Shown one piece after another: positions 19,609 through 28,881 of a DNA stretch of 64,000 bases. The DNA comes from Candidatus Hydrogenedentota bacterium. GTDB lineage: Bacteria > Hydrogenedentota > Hydrogenedentia > Hydrogenedentales > SLHB01. The notes under the pieces are model-generated. The model searched no databases, was not told the origin of the DNA, and saw nothing but the letters and a program-made list of their open reading frames with translations. Positions within the stretch are counted from its first letter, which is position 1. Every line of letters begins with the position of its first letter. The position numbers were made by a program, and so were the translations under genes. The stretch covers positions 1 through 64,000 of the forward strand of contig CAXXTH010000009.1 of NCBI GenBank assembly GCA_963668025.2, written 5' to 3'.

Positions 19609-19633
19609 ATATAAATCAATATTTGATTTATAT
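19609..19633. promoter_or_regulatory. Candidate operator, perfect 11-3-11 palindrome
   Basis: ATATAAATCAA-TAT-TTGATTTATAT; degenerate version at ~17405-17429. Confidence 0.55.
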
Positions 19634-19911
19634 GTATTCATTTTTTTCATCAAATGGGACTCCGCTCGAATGATTATGAACCCAAATCAATCGTGCTTTA
19701 TTAACATGGCGGATAACCGGTTTTTTTTTGCTTGACAAAATATGAATTTTGCGCAAATATATCAATCAAGTTGAATTAATAATCTATCCAATTTTGACTC
19801 CATCTATTTTCCTGAACGAAAGCGAACCCATTGCGTACGTTCGGGGAATGAAGAAAAACGAGGCTAGATCTCGTGGACATAGTCCACAAACACCGCCGAA
19901 CAAAGGAGGTC

Positions 19912-21000
19912 ATGATGAGGAAGAGAGCTAGGGGATTCACATTAATTGAGTTGTTGGTCGTCATCGCAATTATTGCCATTTTGGCGGCGATTTTGCTGCC
20001 AGCGCTTGCGCGCGCACGGGAAGCCGCCCGGCGGGCGGCTTGCCAAAGCAATCTGAAGCAATGGGGCATCATCTGCAAGATGTATTCTGGAGAAAACAAA
20101 GACCTGTTTCCCCCCGGAACGCAGGTGGTGCCGTCCGGATTTGATTTATCATTCTGGGGCGTTGACAGTTTGTCGCTATATCCCGATTACTGGAATGACC
20201 CCGCAATCAAGGCCTGTCCATCGGATATCCGCGCGAATGTGAATGATTCAAGCTGGGGCAGCTTCACGTCAGATGGAGGCATGTTCCCCAATTTCGCGGA
20301 AGAAGATCAAGCGAAGTATGTGCGGGAAATTCAGAGCAAAACCGTAAGCGGGGCTAACGAGGCCATACGCAAAGTCTGCACGCACGCGGTATTGTCGTTC
20401 CCTATTTCGTATCTCTATTTTCATAATGCCGTCCGGACGCCCATGCAGCTTTATGCGCTTGCTGACTTGCGGTATTTCTTCCAGGAGACGCGAACCAAAG
20501 ACATCCGGGAGATTTATGACGCGGCGGAGCTGGCCAAATATGGGTGCCCGTCGAACTGGAAAAACACCGAGGTGTGGCATCTGATCGGCACCGCCCCGCA
20601 AACCCAATACAACAAGGGATTCTTCAAGTATTACTTCGAGGAAGACGGCTCTTCACTGCCCGCCACGCTCCCGCATTTGAAGGAAGGCGTCGAGCGGATG
20701 TTCATCACGGACATCAATAATCCGGCGGCAGGCAGCACCGGCCAGAGCACGCTCCTGGTCATGATGGATGCATGGGGCGACAGCATTGTTTCGGGTGCGG
20801 AGGATACAGGCGGCGTGGACACGAGCAAGATCACCACGTTCAACCATGTCCCCGGCGGCTCGAATGTGTTGTATATGGATGGGCACGTTTCGTTCGTGCG
20901 CTTTGGGAGCGGCTTCCCGCTTGCAAATCCCAAATTGGCGGATGGAAGCAGCACCTTGATGTTGTCCCGGGAGATCTGGAAGTTCGGCGGCATGGGTTAA
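19912..21000 (+). CDS. Prepilin-type N-terminal cleavage/methylation protein, DUF1559 / H-X9-DG family
   Basis: AGGAGGT RBS; RG^[29 protein letters not shown]...CQSNLKQ; [17 protein letters not shown]. Confidence 0.95.
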   Translation: MMRKRARGFTLIELLVVIAIIAILAAILLPALARAREAARRAACQSNLKQWGIICKMYSGENKDLFPPGTQVVPSGFDLSFWGVDSLSLYPDYWNDPAIKACPSDIRANVNDSSWGSFTSDGGMFPNFAEEDQAKYVREIQSKTVSGANEAIRKVCTHAVLSFPISYLYFHNAVRTPMQLYALADLRYFFQETRTKDIREIYDAAELAKYGCPSNWKNTEVWHLIGTAPQTQYNKGFFKYYFEEDGSSLPATLPHLKEGVERMFITDINNPAAGSTGQSTLLVMMDAWGDSIVSGAEDTGGVDTSKITTFNHVPGGSNVLYMDGHVSFVRFGSGFPLANPKLADGSSTLMLSREIWKFGGMG

Positions 21001-21070
21001 TCACATACAAGGTGGGGGCTGGCGGTCCAACTCCCCTATGTAACATGGGAAGAGGAATGGAGGAAAAGGC

Positions 21071-22216
21071 ATGAAGAGGGTATATCACGCAATGTTAGTG
21101 GGATGCATCGTGATGCTCACATGCGGAGCGGGCTATGCGGAAACGATGGAATTTCAACAGGGCGTATTGCCCGATGCGTCATATCAGCATGACGGGGTGG
21201 CCATAGCAAGTCCGAATTCGGCTACTGCCGGAGGCGCAGCTACTACGTTTAGAATTGGCAACTGGTGGAATAGCACTGCAAATGGATGGTGGGGATTGTT
21301 CCGTTACGACCTTTCCGCGCTGGGCGATGTCGAGATCACTGGGGCGTATATCGAGCTCACCTCCACTCGAGGCGATTATATGGATGTCGGAGCTAGCTCG
21401 GATATTCCAGATGATATGCCAGAATCACTCACGATTAACATGTACCAAATCAATCCCGATAATTATGAATGGATCGAAGGTACGGGGACAGAAGCATCAG
21501 GCGCCTCTCCCAATGGCATGGGGGAAGTATCCTGGGTGACCCAGCAAAATGATGTCGCCTGCTGGCCAGTGAGTGGATGCACCTCGGCGGGGCTTTATCC
21601 TCAAGGCCATTCGCAAGCGCCAGCAGTGGACACCTATAACACCTATGCGGATATCATCGGATCAGGCGTTTCGACCAACGCCAGTGCGAATGACTACTGG
21701 AGCAATTTGGTGGTAACACTCGATTTCAACTCGACTGGACTGGCGTATCTGCAAAGTGTTGTCGACGGAGGCAATGACGCCGGCTTCTTGGTCGCTCCGC
21801 CGCCGGAGATATTGGCCGTCGCTCCCGCATACTATGGCATTGTATCTTTCGCCATGGACGACAATGACACGGCGGCGTATCGCCCGAAACTTGTCATCGA
21901 GTACACGGCTGGCGGCGGCGGCACGGTGCCGGACGTATCGGGCATGAGCCAGAGTGAAGCGGAAGCGGCCCTCGAAGGCGCTGGCTATGTCGTGGAAGTG
22001 GAACAAGAAGCCAGCGGCACGGTTCCCGCAGGCGGCATCATCCGTACGGAACCCGAAGCAGGGGCCGCGCTGGCGTCCGGCTCGACCGTCACTTTGGTGA
22101 TTTCCAGCGGTTCGGGGGCGGATGTGCCTGTCGCGGGCCTGCTGGGCTTGGTGCTGCTTGGAGCAGGCTGCGCAGGCAGTGCAGCCGCTTTGATTCGTAA
22201 GCGCATCGGCCGGTAA
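21071..22216 (+). CDS. Secreted protein with DNRLRE-like domain, PASTA domain and C-terminal membrane sorting-like tail
   Basis: Signal AGYA^E; FRYDLS...ITGAYIEL...RPKLVIEY; VPDVSGMSQSEAEAALEGAG (PASTA); VPVAGLLGLVLL...IRKR. Confidence 0.8.
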   Translation: MKRVYHAMLVGCIVMLTCGAGYAETMEFQQGVLPDASYQHDGVAIASPNSATAGGAATTFRIGNWWNSTANGWWGLFRYDLSALGDVEITGAYIELTSTRGDYMDVGASSDIPDDMPESLTINMYQINPDNYEWIEGTGTEASGASPNGMGEVSWVTQQNDVACWPVSGCTSAGLYPQGHSQAPAVDTYNTYADIIGSGVSTNASANDYWSNLVVTLDFNSTGLAYLQSVVDGGNDAGFLVAPPPEILAVAPAYYGIVSFAMDDNDTAAYRPKLVIEYTAGGGGTVPDVSGMSQSEAEAALEGAGYVVEVEQEASGTVPAGGIIRTEPEAGAALASGSTVTLVISSGSGADVPVAGLLGLVLLGAGCAGSAAALIRKRIGR

Positions 22217-22244
22217 ACCAATATCCGGGCTTGCAATTAGGTTC

Positions 22245-22290
22245 ATGCGGCCAAGAGGTGGAATCATCTCTTGGCCGCATTGTTTTTTTT
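22245..22290 (+). terminator. Intrinsic terminator
   Basis: ATGCGGCCAAGAG...CTCTTGGCCGCAT followed by a T-run. Confidence 0.85.
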
Positions 22291-22328
22291 GCTGGCGTTT
22301 TCGATAAGAGAATTCTTCGGACCTGCGT

Positions 22329-22469
22329 ACACAGCGTAGCGGAGCCGCAACCAAAAAGCCGGATTTTGGACCACGAAACACTTAGCGAAATACACTAAAA
22401 TTCCGTAGGGTGGAGCTTTCCCCACCGATGGCGGTTTTTATTTTCGCATGGTTCGTGTATGTAGTGGTT
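22329..22469. repeat. Composite intergenic repeat: GCCGCAACCAAA module + CACGAAATA inverted repeat + GTAG REP
   Basis: Same module order in the reverse complement of 44843-44935 and at 45713-45787; first module also inverted at ~51210-51236. Confidence 0.75.
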
Positions 22470-22713
22470 ATAGAAAAGGTGTGCATGGAGAATAGAGGAT
22501 GACGCATGAAACATTTATCTGGAAGCCATCACTACCCTTGGCGATAGTACATATATATGATGCACTATATATAAATATTACAACAAATTAATAATCTACT
22601 TCCTTGAAGCTTAATCCGAACCTATTCTCCTCCATTTTTGCCTGGTAAAGTTTAATAATACTTCCATCTTTTTTCAATGATTCTACAATCTCTAATTTGT
22701 ATTCATCAGGCAT

Positions 22714-24083
22714 GGGTGTTCCCGCAGAATGCTAAAGAAATCCTCGTGTCGGGTCGATAAGTATGCCGGACCCTTAACGGAGGAAGACCGATGGCAGCGA
22801 TGGTGACAAGGCGCGACGGCGACACGTTCGAGGTGAGTTTCTCGCTGAGGCTGCGTGGTTCGATGCTCGATATGGAGGAGGCGGTCCAGGAGGCCCTGAA
22901 CGGGGTGGGGCGCGCAGTCATGGCCGAGGCCCTGGCCCGTTTCGACACAGACGGCTCGCCCATCCGCGTCGGCGCCACCACCTTCAAAACCAAGGGGCGC
23001 TTCGGCCAGACCTACGAGACGCCCCACGGCCCGGTCCGCGTCGAGCGGCACGTCTACCAGAACACCGCCACGGGCGGGCGCACCTTCTGCCCGCTGGAGC
23101 GGGACGCGCGAATGGTCATGAACGCCACGCCGCGCTACGCCCGGATCGTCAGCGGAAAATACTCCCGCATGGGCGCCGATGTCATGCGCCGCGACCTGCT
23201 CGAGTCGACAGGCCGCGCAATCTCGCGCGACTATGTGAAGAAGATCGGCGATTTTGTGGGCGCCCTGGCGCAGGCCAGGGAGGAGACGTGGGAGTACGAG
23301 CTGCCGGAATTGGACAGGCCGGTCGCGTCGGTGGCCGTGGGCCTGGACGGCACCTGCATGCTGCTCAGGGAGGACGGCTGGCGTCAGGCGATGTGCGGGT
23401 CCATCAGCCTGTACGACAAGGACGGGGAGCGGCTGCACACGATCTACGCGGGCGCATCGCCCGAGTACGGCAAGCAGACTTTCCTCGAGCGCTTCGGCCG
23501 CGAGGTGGAGCGCGTGAGGGCGAGGCACCCGGCGGCGCTGTATATCGGCCTGGCCGACGGCGCGCCGGACAACTGGAAGTTTTTGACGCCGCGCACGGAC
23601 CGGCAGATGCTGGATTTCTATCACGCGCGGGAATACGTGGGGAAGGCGGCGGAGGCGATTCACGGTCATGGCGCGCGCCGCCGGGAGTGGGAGGCGGACT
23701 GGAGTCACCGGCTGAAGCACACGAGGGGCGCAGCCGGACGCTTGCTGGAGGAGATGAAGGCGAGCTTGCCAAGCGTGCGCGCCCAGGCTTGCCGCGAGGA
23801 ACTCGGCAAGGCGATCACCTACTTCGGCAATCACCGCTCGAAGATGCAATACTGGCGGCACACGGCGGAGCGCCTTCCCATCGGCAGCGGAGTGACGGAG
23901 GCGGCGTGCAAGACGCTGATCAAGCAACGCCTGGCATGCTCCGGGATGCGGTGGAAGGAAGCGGGCGCGAGCGCGGTGATCGCGCTCAGGTCGCTGGAGA
24001 TGACCGAGGGCCGTTGGGACCAGTTCTGGCAACACGTGGCCCGCCACGGGGTCAATTGAGGTTATCATATTGAGGGAGCACCC
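22714..24083 (+). mobile_element. ISKra4-family insertion sequence (1370 bp)
   Basis: TIRs GGGTGTTCCCGCA / TGAGGGAGCACCC; 8-bp TSD TCAGGCAT at 22706-22713 and 24084-24091. Confidence 0.93.
22791..24059 (+). CDS. ISKra4 family DDE transposase
   Basis: GLDGT, LADGAPDNW, LDFYHA, PIGSGVTEAACKTLIKQRL..SGMRW. Confidence 0.92.
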   Translation: MAAMVTRRDGDTFEVSFSLRLRGSMLDMEEAVQEALNGVGRAVMAEALARFDTDGSPIRVGATTFKTKGRFGQTYETPHGPVRVERHVYQNTATGGRTFCPLERDARMVMNATPRYARIVSGKYSRMGADVMRRDLLESTGRAISRDYVKKIGDFVGALAQAREETWEYELPELDRPVASVAVGLDGTCMLLREDGWRQAMCGSISLYDKDGERLHTIYAGASPEYGKQTFLERFGREVERVRARHPAALYIGLADGAPDNWKFLTPRTDRQMLDFYHAREYVGKAAEAIHGHGARRREWEADWSHRLKHTRGAAGRLLEEMKASLPSVRAQACREELGKAITYFGNHRSKMQYWRHTAERLPIGSGVTEAACKTLIKQRLACSGMRWKEAGASAVIALRSLEMTEGRWDQFWQHVARHGVN

Positions 24084-24847
24084 TCAGGCATTTTACAACC
24101 CAGGAATATTCGAGTAATAACACCTGCATCTAGGTTTGCTTTTTGATTGGTTCTGTTTATCAGCACAAGACGATACTCACCTTCATGCTGCCATAATTCC
24201 GACTTTATATACAATGACTCAAGAAGAGCCAGGCCTGTGTTATTATTGTATTTTTTATCAAATGGATTTATATATGGATATTCTGATGAATAAGCTACGG
24301 CTCGCAACTCAGTATGCAAATTCAAAGTAGAATAGGTTCTTTTTGCAAACGTGGATAATCTCTCTGTGTTAAATTCTACACAAAAACCACGATGTGAATC
24401 TGCATATATAGACCACATAATGAGATTATCATTAGATATAGAAAGAGAGCATACCCCAATAGATCTCTGTATATATTCTCTCTGAAACGAATTGACTTGT
24501 TGGACAAACTCAGTATCGCCTGAGCGTGCTCTATTGATCTTAGTAATTGTTTGTCTATTTTTACGTCTTTCACTGCGATTCAATGCAGGATAATAGTATT
24601 TTGAATGCTTATTAAAGAGTCGTATCCAATCTTTTTTTTGAGCGTTATCAAACCTTATAGGTATCGTGCAGTCAAATGGATCGTTGAATTTTTTGGGTGA
24701 TGCAAAATAGATTTCTCTCTGCTCAATTATTTTTCGATAATATCCACCTGGTTTATCCCACAAACGATACTTGTAGAGAAATTCTGGAAAATCACACATG
24801 ATGTTTACCTCCAAAATATTTTCTAGTATATATCAGGGCTTACGCAT

Positions 24848-26005
24848 CTAAATTCCCAGTAAACGTAGAAGGTATTCGGGGTCGAGTGCAGCAGCGAAGC
24901 GCTTGCCCCTGAGGAAATCTTTGTTGGTCTTGTCTTTCTTGAGGAGGTTGAGTGTAATTCTCCTCAAGGAGGCGAGATTCTGGGCGGCGTTTCTTGTTCG
25001 GGCGCGGTTGTCGTCTTCGCGAAAGATAATGTCTAGGCACCAGTGCAAATTGTTTTCCACGCCCCAGTGTCCACGCACGGCGTGGGCGAATCGTCGTGCG
25101 TCGAGGGGCAGGCTGCTCAAGTAGTAGCGCCGCTCGATGGTGTTCTTCCCTTTTTCCTTGCGGATGGACTCGACCATGCCGAAACTCTTGAGGCCCTTCC
25201 AAAGTCCTTTGTCCTCGAACCAGCCCAAGTCGGTGGATTGCCAGTATCGGCGGGTTTCGATGCGGCCATGCCCCTTGTCGATGGTCTGGTGGAAATCCAT
25301 CCGTGTGGCGTCGGCTGTTGGCGCGCACTGGGTGGCGCAAGGGGGAACGGCGTCCTTGAAAAAGGCCTTCACTTCTTCTAGGGCGGTGGCGTGGTTGCCT
25401 TTGAGGGCCAGCACGTAGTCGGCCTGCCGTTGGATAATGTGGGAGGCGATATCCTTCTGGCAGCCCATGGCGTCCAGGGTGACGATGGCTCCCTTGAGCT
25501 TTAAGGCGTTGAGGAGTTTGGGGACGGCGGTGATTTCGTTGGATTTCTCGTCCACCTTGACCTGCCCCAGCGCCAGGCCGTGCTCGCAAGCCCATGCGCT
25601 GACGATGTAGGGGATGGCCTCCCCCTGATTCAAGGCGCGCCGCAGGGCTTTGCCGTCAATGGCGACGACCTCATCGCTTAGATTGGGGCAAATGCCCTGC
25701 ACCCATTGGCCGAAGCATTCCAGAAAGGCATGGGGGTCGAGGGCGGAAAAGACCCGGTTGAAGGTGTCGTGCGAGGGGATGCCGCCGGGCAATTCCAGGA
25801 AGCCCTTCAGCCAATCCTCCCGGAGCCAGCCGAAGCGCTCCATATCCGAAAAGCTCTCCCCGCCCACGAGGGCTGAGCATAGCCCAATCATCAAGATGTC
25901 AATGAAGTTGTGCCTGCGGGTCCGGTCCATGCGGGGATCAGGCAGGCCCGCGAAACACTCGATAATAGGCTTGGGCTTGGGCAGGGATTTCTTTTCAGCG
26001 GTCAT
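24848..26005 (-). CDS. ISAs1 family transposase
   Basis: PDPR, GIPSHDTF, AIDGKALR, KSNEITA, TLDAMGCQ, LKGN, HGRIETR, HWGVENNLHWCLD. Confidence 0.96.
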   Translation of the reverse strand: MTAEKKSLPKPKPIIECFAGLPDPRMDRTRRHNFIDILMIGLCSALVGGESFSDMERFGWLREDWLKGFLELPGGIPSHDTFNRVFSALDPHAFLECFGQWVQGICPNLSDEVVAIDGKALRRALNQGEAIPYIVSAWACEHGLALGQVKVDEKSNEITAVPKLLNALKLKGAIVTLDAMGCQKDIASHIIQRQADYVLALKGNHATALEEVKAFFKDAVPPCATQCAPTADATRMDFHQTIDKGHGRIETRRYWQSTDLGWFEDKGLWKGLKSFGMVESIRKEKGKNTIERRYYLSSLPLDARRFAHAVRGHWGVENNLHWCLDIIFREDDNRARTRNAAQNLASLRRITLNLLKKDKTNKDFLRGKRFAAALDPEYLLRLLGI

Positions 26006-26076
26006 GGGGTGCTCCTTTCATTCATGCGCCGAAGCACTGTTGACTCTAGTATATAGAATTCTATATATTAAAATCC

Positions 26077-26376
26077 ATGAAGCACACCAAAAAGATGCAA
26101 GCATTGCTGGAGCGCATGGCGCAGATTGAGCGGATGGAGCGCGGAAAGCTCTGTCAAATGGGCGGGCGTCCCCACTTTAACCACCAGAGCTGGGAGAACG
26201 AGAAGAACGTGGTTCGCTATGTGCCGGCGCGCGAAACCGAGTTCCTAAAAGAGGCCATCAATGGCTACCAGGCTTTCATGAAGCTGGCTGAACGCTACGT
26301 GGACGAAGTCGTCAAGCAAACCCGCCGTGAGCGCGCAAAGACCTTCCCCCAAGCGAAAAATCCCAGGCCACGTTGA
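26077..26376 (+). CDS. Small basic IS passenger protein (DUF6788-like)
   Basis: 99 aa, MERGKL...HQSWE...VRYVP; lies entirely between the ISAs1 TIRs. Confidence 0.65.
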   Translation: MKHTKKMQALLERMAQIERMERGKLCQMGGRPHFNHQSWENEKNVVRYVPARETEFLKEAINGYQAFMKLAERYVDEVVKQTRRERAKTFPQAKNPRPR

Positions 26377-26469
26377 CAGAAAAAATCATGCACAACAGGA
26401 TAAATCGACTCTTGAGCACTATTAGATGCGTAAGCCCTGTAGTATATATATTAAGTATATAAAAACTAA

Positions 26470-26790
26470 GAAACAAGTTAGTAAAGTATTCATCTAAGTG
26501 TGGGCTTTACCGCTATTGCCACAATTATCGTTTGTCTGCAAACATAGATCTTTCTACCTCTGGCCCGCCGACCAGGATTTTCTCGATGCGCTTGTGCAGC
26601 TCGAAACGCAGTATGCGCCTGCCGAGACGTCTGAATAATCTCTTGGCGTGGGCGCTGCCCACCACCTAATGGAACTGCATAGCGCTGTTTATTTGCGTTT
26701 ACCTTTGCGTTCTTGGCGGCTTTGCGTGAGTATTAGGAAGGATGGGCTTCCTGCGAATCATATATTTCTCGCAAAGCCACAAAGGTAAAT
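26470..26790 (+). repeat. Second copy of the 1-333 repeat
   Basis: Aligns with the reverse complement of 1-333. Confidence 0.85.
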
Positions 26791-26966
26791 TGAGAATATA
26801 CAATGTCATATCGTTACATTAGGTTGTGGGCAACGTCCAAGTCAGTTTCTTACCCAGCCGATTCGGGAATTATGCCTGGAAGCGTTTTTGCGGTATGATT
26901 AGCGCAAATGGCTTTAGCCAGTTCAGCATCAACACTTTACATGGCCTCCAACAGGAATGGAAATGC

Positions 26967-27476
26967 ATGATTATCGGCATATTGAGCGATACCCATGGCA
27001 ACCATGCCCTCATGTTGCGTGTGGCGGAATATGCGGCGCGGACGCTCAAGGCGGAGTTGTTCATCCACCTGGGAGACGACTACGGCGATGGCCAGGCGCT
27101 CGCGTGGAGGGGTTATGAGGTCCGCCAGGTGCCTGGATTGTGGTGTGAAGAGTACCACGATTCACGCGTGCCTAAACGGCTCACGGAGCAGTTCGAGGGC
27201 CTTACGCTGGTGGCGGTGCATGCGGCGAAAGATTTGCGGGCCGTGGACCGCGCCGCCGATATCATCTTGACCGGGCACACACATAAGCCGTGCATCGAAC
27301 TAGTGGGAAACACGCTTCATATGAACCCGGGGCATGCCGCGCGCAATCTGGATCGCGGCGAAGAAGCGACGTTTGGCCTGCTCGAGATCACACCGGAACG
27401 GCTGTATGCCGCCGTTTATCTGGTGTCCGGCAAAAAACGGTGCGATAAGACCATTAACCGCAGGCCGGCGGACTGA
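26967..27476 (+). CDS. YfcE-type metallophosphoesterase
   Basis: GILSDTHGN, IHLGD, LTGHTH, MNPG. Confidence 0.88.
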   Translation: MIIGILSDTHGNHALMLRVAEYAARTLKAELFIHLGDDYGDGQALAWRGYEVRQVPGLWCEEYHDSRVPKRLTEQFEGLTLVAVHAAKDLRAVDRAADIILTGHTHKPCIELVGNTLHMNPGHAARNLDRGEEATFGLLEITPERLYAAVYLVSGKKRCDKTINRRPAD

Positions 27477-27505
27477 ATTGCATTGACAAGGAGAATCCGG
27501 CGCGA

Positions 27506-28876
27506 ATGCCAGAAAATATATATAACGCCTCGGTGCTATTGGTGGACCGGGATCCGGCTGTAGGCCAGTCCATCGTCGCTTACCTGGCCGATGGCCCCTA
27601 TGAAGTCGAGTGGGTGGACGATGGCGAGAAGGCCTATAACCGGCTGGACGCCCGGCCGTTTGATGTGCTGGTGACGGAATTGGCCGCCCACCGCATTGAT
27701 GGGATGCGCCTCATGGCGGTGGCCCTTGACCGCAATCCGGACATGGCGGTGATCCTTATCACCGAGCAGCCCGATGTCGAGCGCGCCACGGAGGCCATGC
27801 GGCAGGGGGCGTATGATTTTCAAACCAAACCTCTCAACTTGGGCAAGCTCGAAGCGGTGCTCCAGCGGGGCATCGGGCGGCAGCGCCTGCTTCTCGAACA
27901 AGTCGAACTGAAACGCAGGCTCGATGAACAGTATGGCTTGGGCCGCCTGACAGGCAAATCGCGGCAAATGGTGCGGGTCTACAACGCCGTGCGGCAGATT
28001 GGCCCCACCAAGGCCACGGTGCTTATTCAAGGCGAGACTGGCACGGGCAAGGATCTCATCGCCCAGGCGATTCACAACAACAGCCCGAGGCGCGATGCGC
28101 CCTTCGTGAAGCTCAACTGCGCGAGCATCCCCGAAGCTCTGGTGGAGAGCGAACTCTTTGGCCATGTAGCAGGGGCCTATACGGGGGCCATTCATGCCCG
28201 GAAAGGCCGGTTTGAAGTGGCGGACGGCGGGGCGTTGTTTTTGGATGAAGTGGGAGAGCTATCGCTGGCGTTGCAAGCCAAGCTTCTGCGGGTGCTCGAA
28301 CAACAGCAGTTCGAACGACTGGGCGATTCCCGGACTCTTACCGTCGATGTGCGCCTTATCGCCGCCACCAACCGCCCCCTCGAACAAATGGTCCAGGAAG
28401 GAAAGTTCCGGGATGATCTATACTACCGGCTGCGGGTGGTCACGATTGACGCCCCTGCGTTGCGCCACCGGCGTGAGGATGTGCCGCTTCTCGTGCAGCA
28501 ATTCTTAAAAGAGGCCAACGAGGCTAACGGAAAAACGGTCGAGGGGATCACCCGAAACGCCATGGACATCCTCATGCGGTATGATTGGCCTGGCAACGTC
28601 CGGGAATTAAAGAATATTATCGAGGGAATGGTTATTATGTCCCGTGGCGAGCGGGTGCTGGATGCGGGGGACATCCCCAGCCATTTGCGGCGCGATGTGC
28701 TCCCGGAGGTGAGCGAGATCCGGATACCAGCCGGCTTGCCCATGAGCGAAGTCGAACATATTGTAATCGAGGAGACGTTGCGTGCGTGCGGGTTCAACAA
28801 AGAGGCCTGCGCCAAAACGCTGGGCATAGGCCTGCGCACGCTTTATCGTAAAATTAAGGAATATGATATACGCTGA
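27506..28876 (+). CDS. Sigma54-dependent transcriptional activator (receiver-AAA+-Fis HTH) with atypical receiver
   Basis: GETGTGKD, ESELFGH..GAYTGA, LFLDEVGE, FRDDLYYRL, WPGNVRELKN, LGIGLRTLYRK. Confidence 0.95.
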   Translation: MPENIYNASVLLVDRDPAVGQSIVAYLADGPYEVEWVDDGEKAYNRLDARPFDVLVTELAAHRIDGMRLMAVALDRNPDMAVILITEQPDVERATEAMRQGAYDFQTKPLNLGKLEAVLQRGIGRQRLLLEQVELKRRLDEQYGLGRLTGKSRQMVRVYNAVRQIGPTKATVLIQGETGTGKDLIAQAIHNNSPRRDAPFVKLNCASIPEALVESELFGHVAGAYTGAIHARKGRFEVADGGALFLDEVGELSLALQAKLLRVLEQQQFERLGDSRTLTVDVRLIAATNRPLEQMVQEGKFRDDLYYRLRVVTIDAPALRHRREDVPLLVQQFLKEANEANGKTVEGITRNAMDILMRYDWPGNVRELKNIIEGMVIMSRGERVLDAGDIPSHLRRDVLPEVSEIRIPAGLPMSEVEHIVIEETLRACGFNKEACAKTLGIGLRTLYRKIKEYDIR

Positions 28877-28881
28877 TTAGG

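Larger units (their letters stand above)
19273..19729. repeat. ~457-bp direct repeat, copy 2
   Basis: Aligns with 17069-17525. Confidence 0.95.
22588..24799 (-). pseudogene. DUF2971-domain gene interrupted by ISKra4 (5' part 24799-24084, 3' part 22713-22588)
   Basis: LYKYR, FNDPFD, LIMWSIYADSHRGFCVEF, KSELWQHEGEYR; removing the IS and one TSD restores ...LGCKMPDEYKLEIV...LYQAKMEENRFGLSFKEVDY*. Confidence 0.9.
24834..26439 (-). mobile_element. ISAs1-family insertion sequence (1606 bp) with divergent passenger ORF
   Basis: Perfect 18-bp TIR CAGGGCTTACGCATCTAA (24834-24851, 26422-26439); 10-bp TSD TAGTATATAT (24824-24833, 26440-26449). Confidence 0.95.

Noticed and set aside
22692-24073. Long alternative ORFs over ISKra4 (458 aa minus, 261 aa plus)
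   Set aside because: Shadow frames of a high-GC transposase gene with no recognisable motifs
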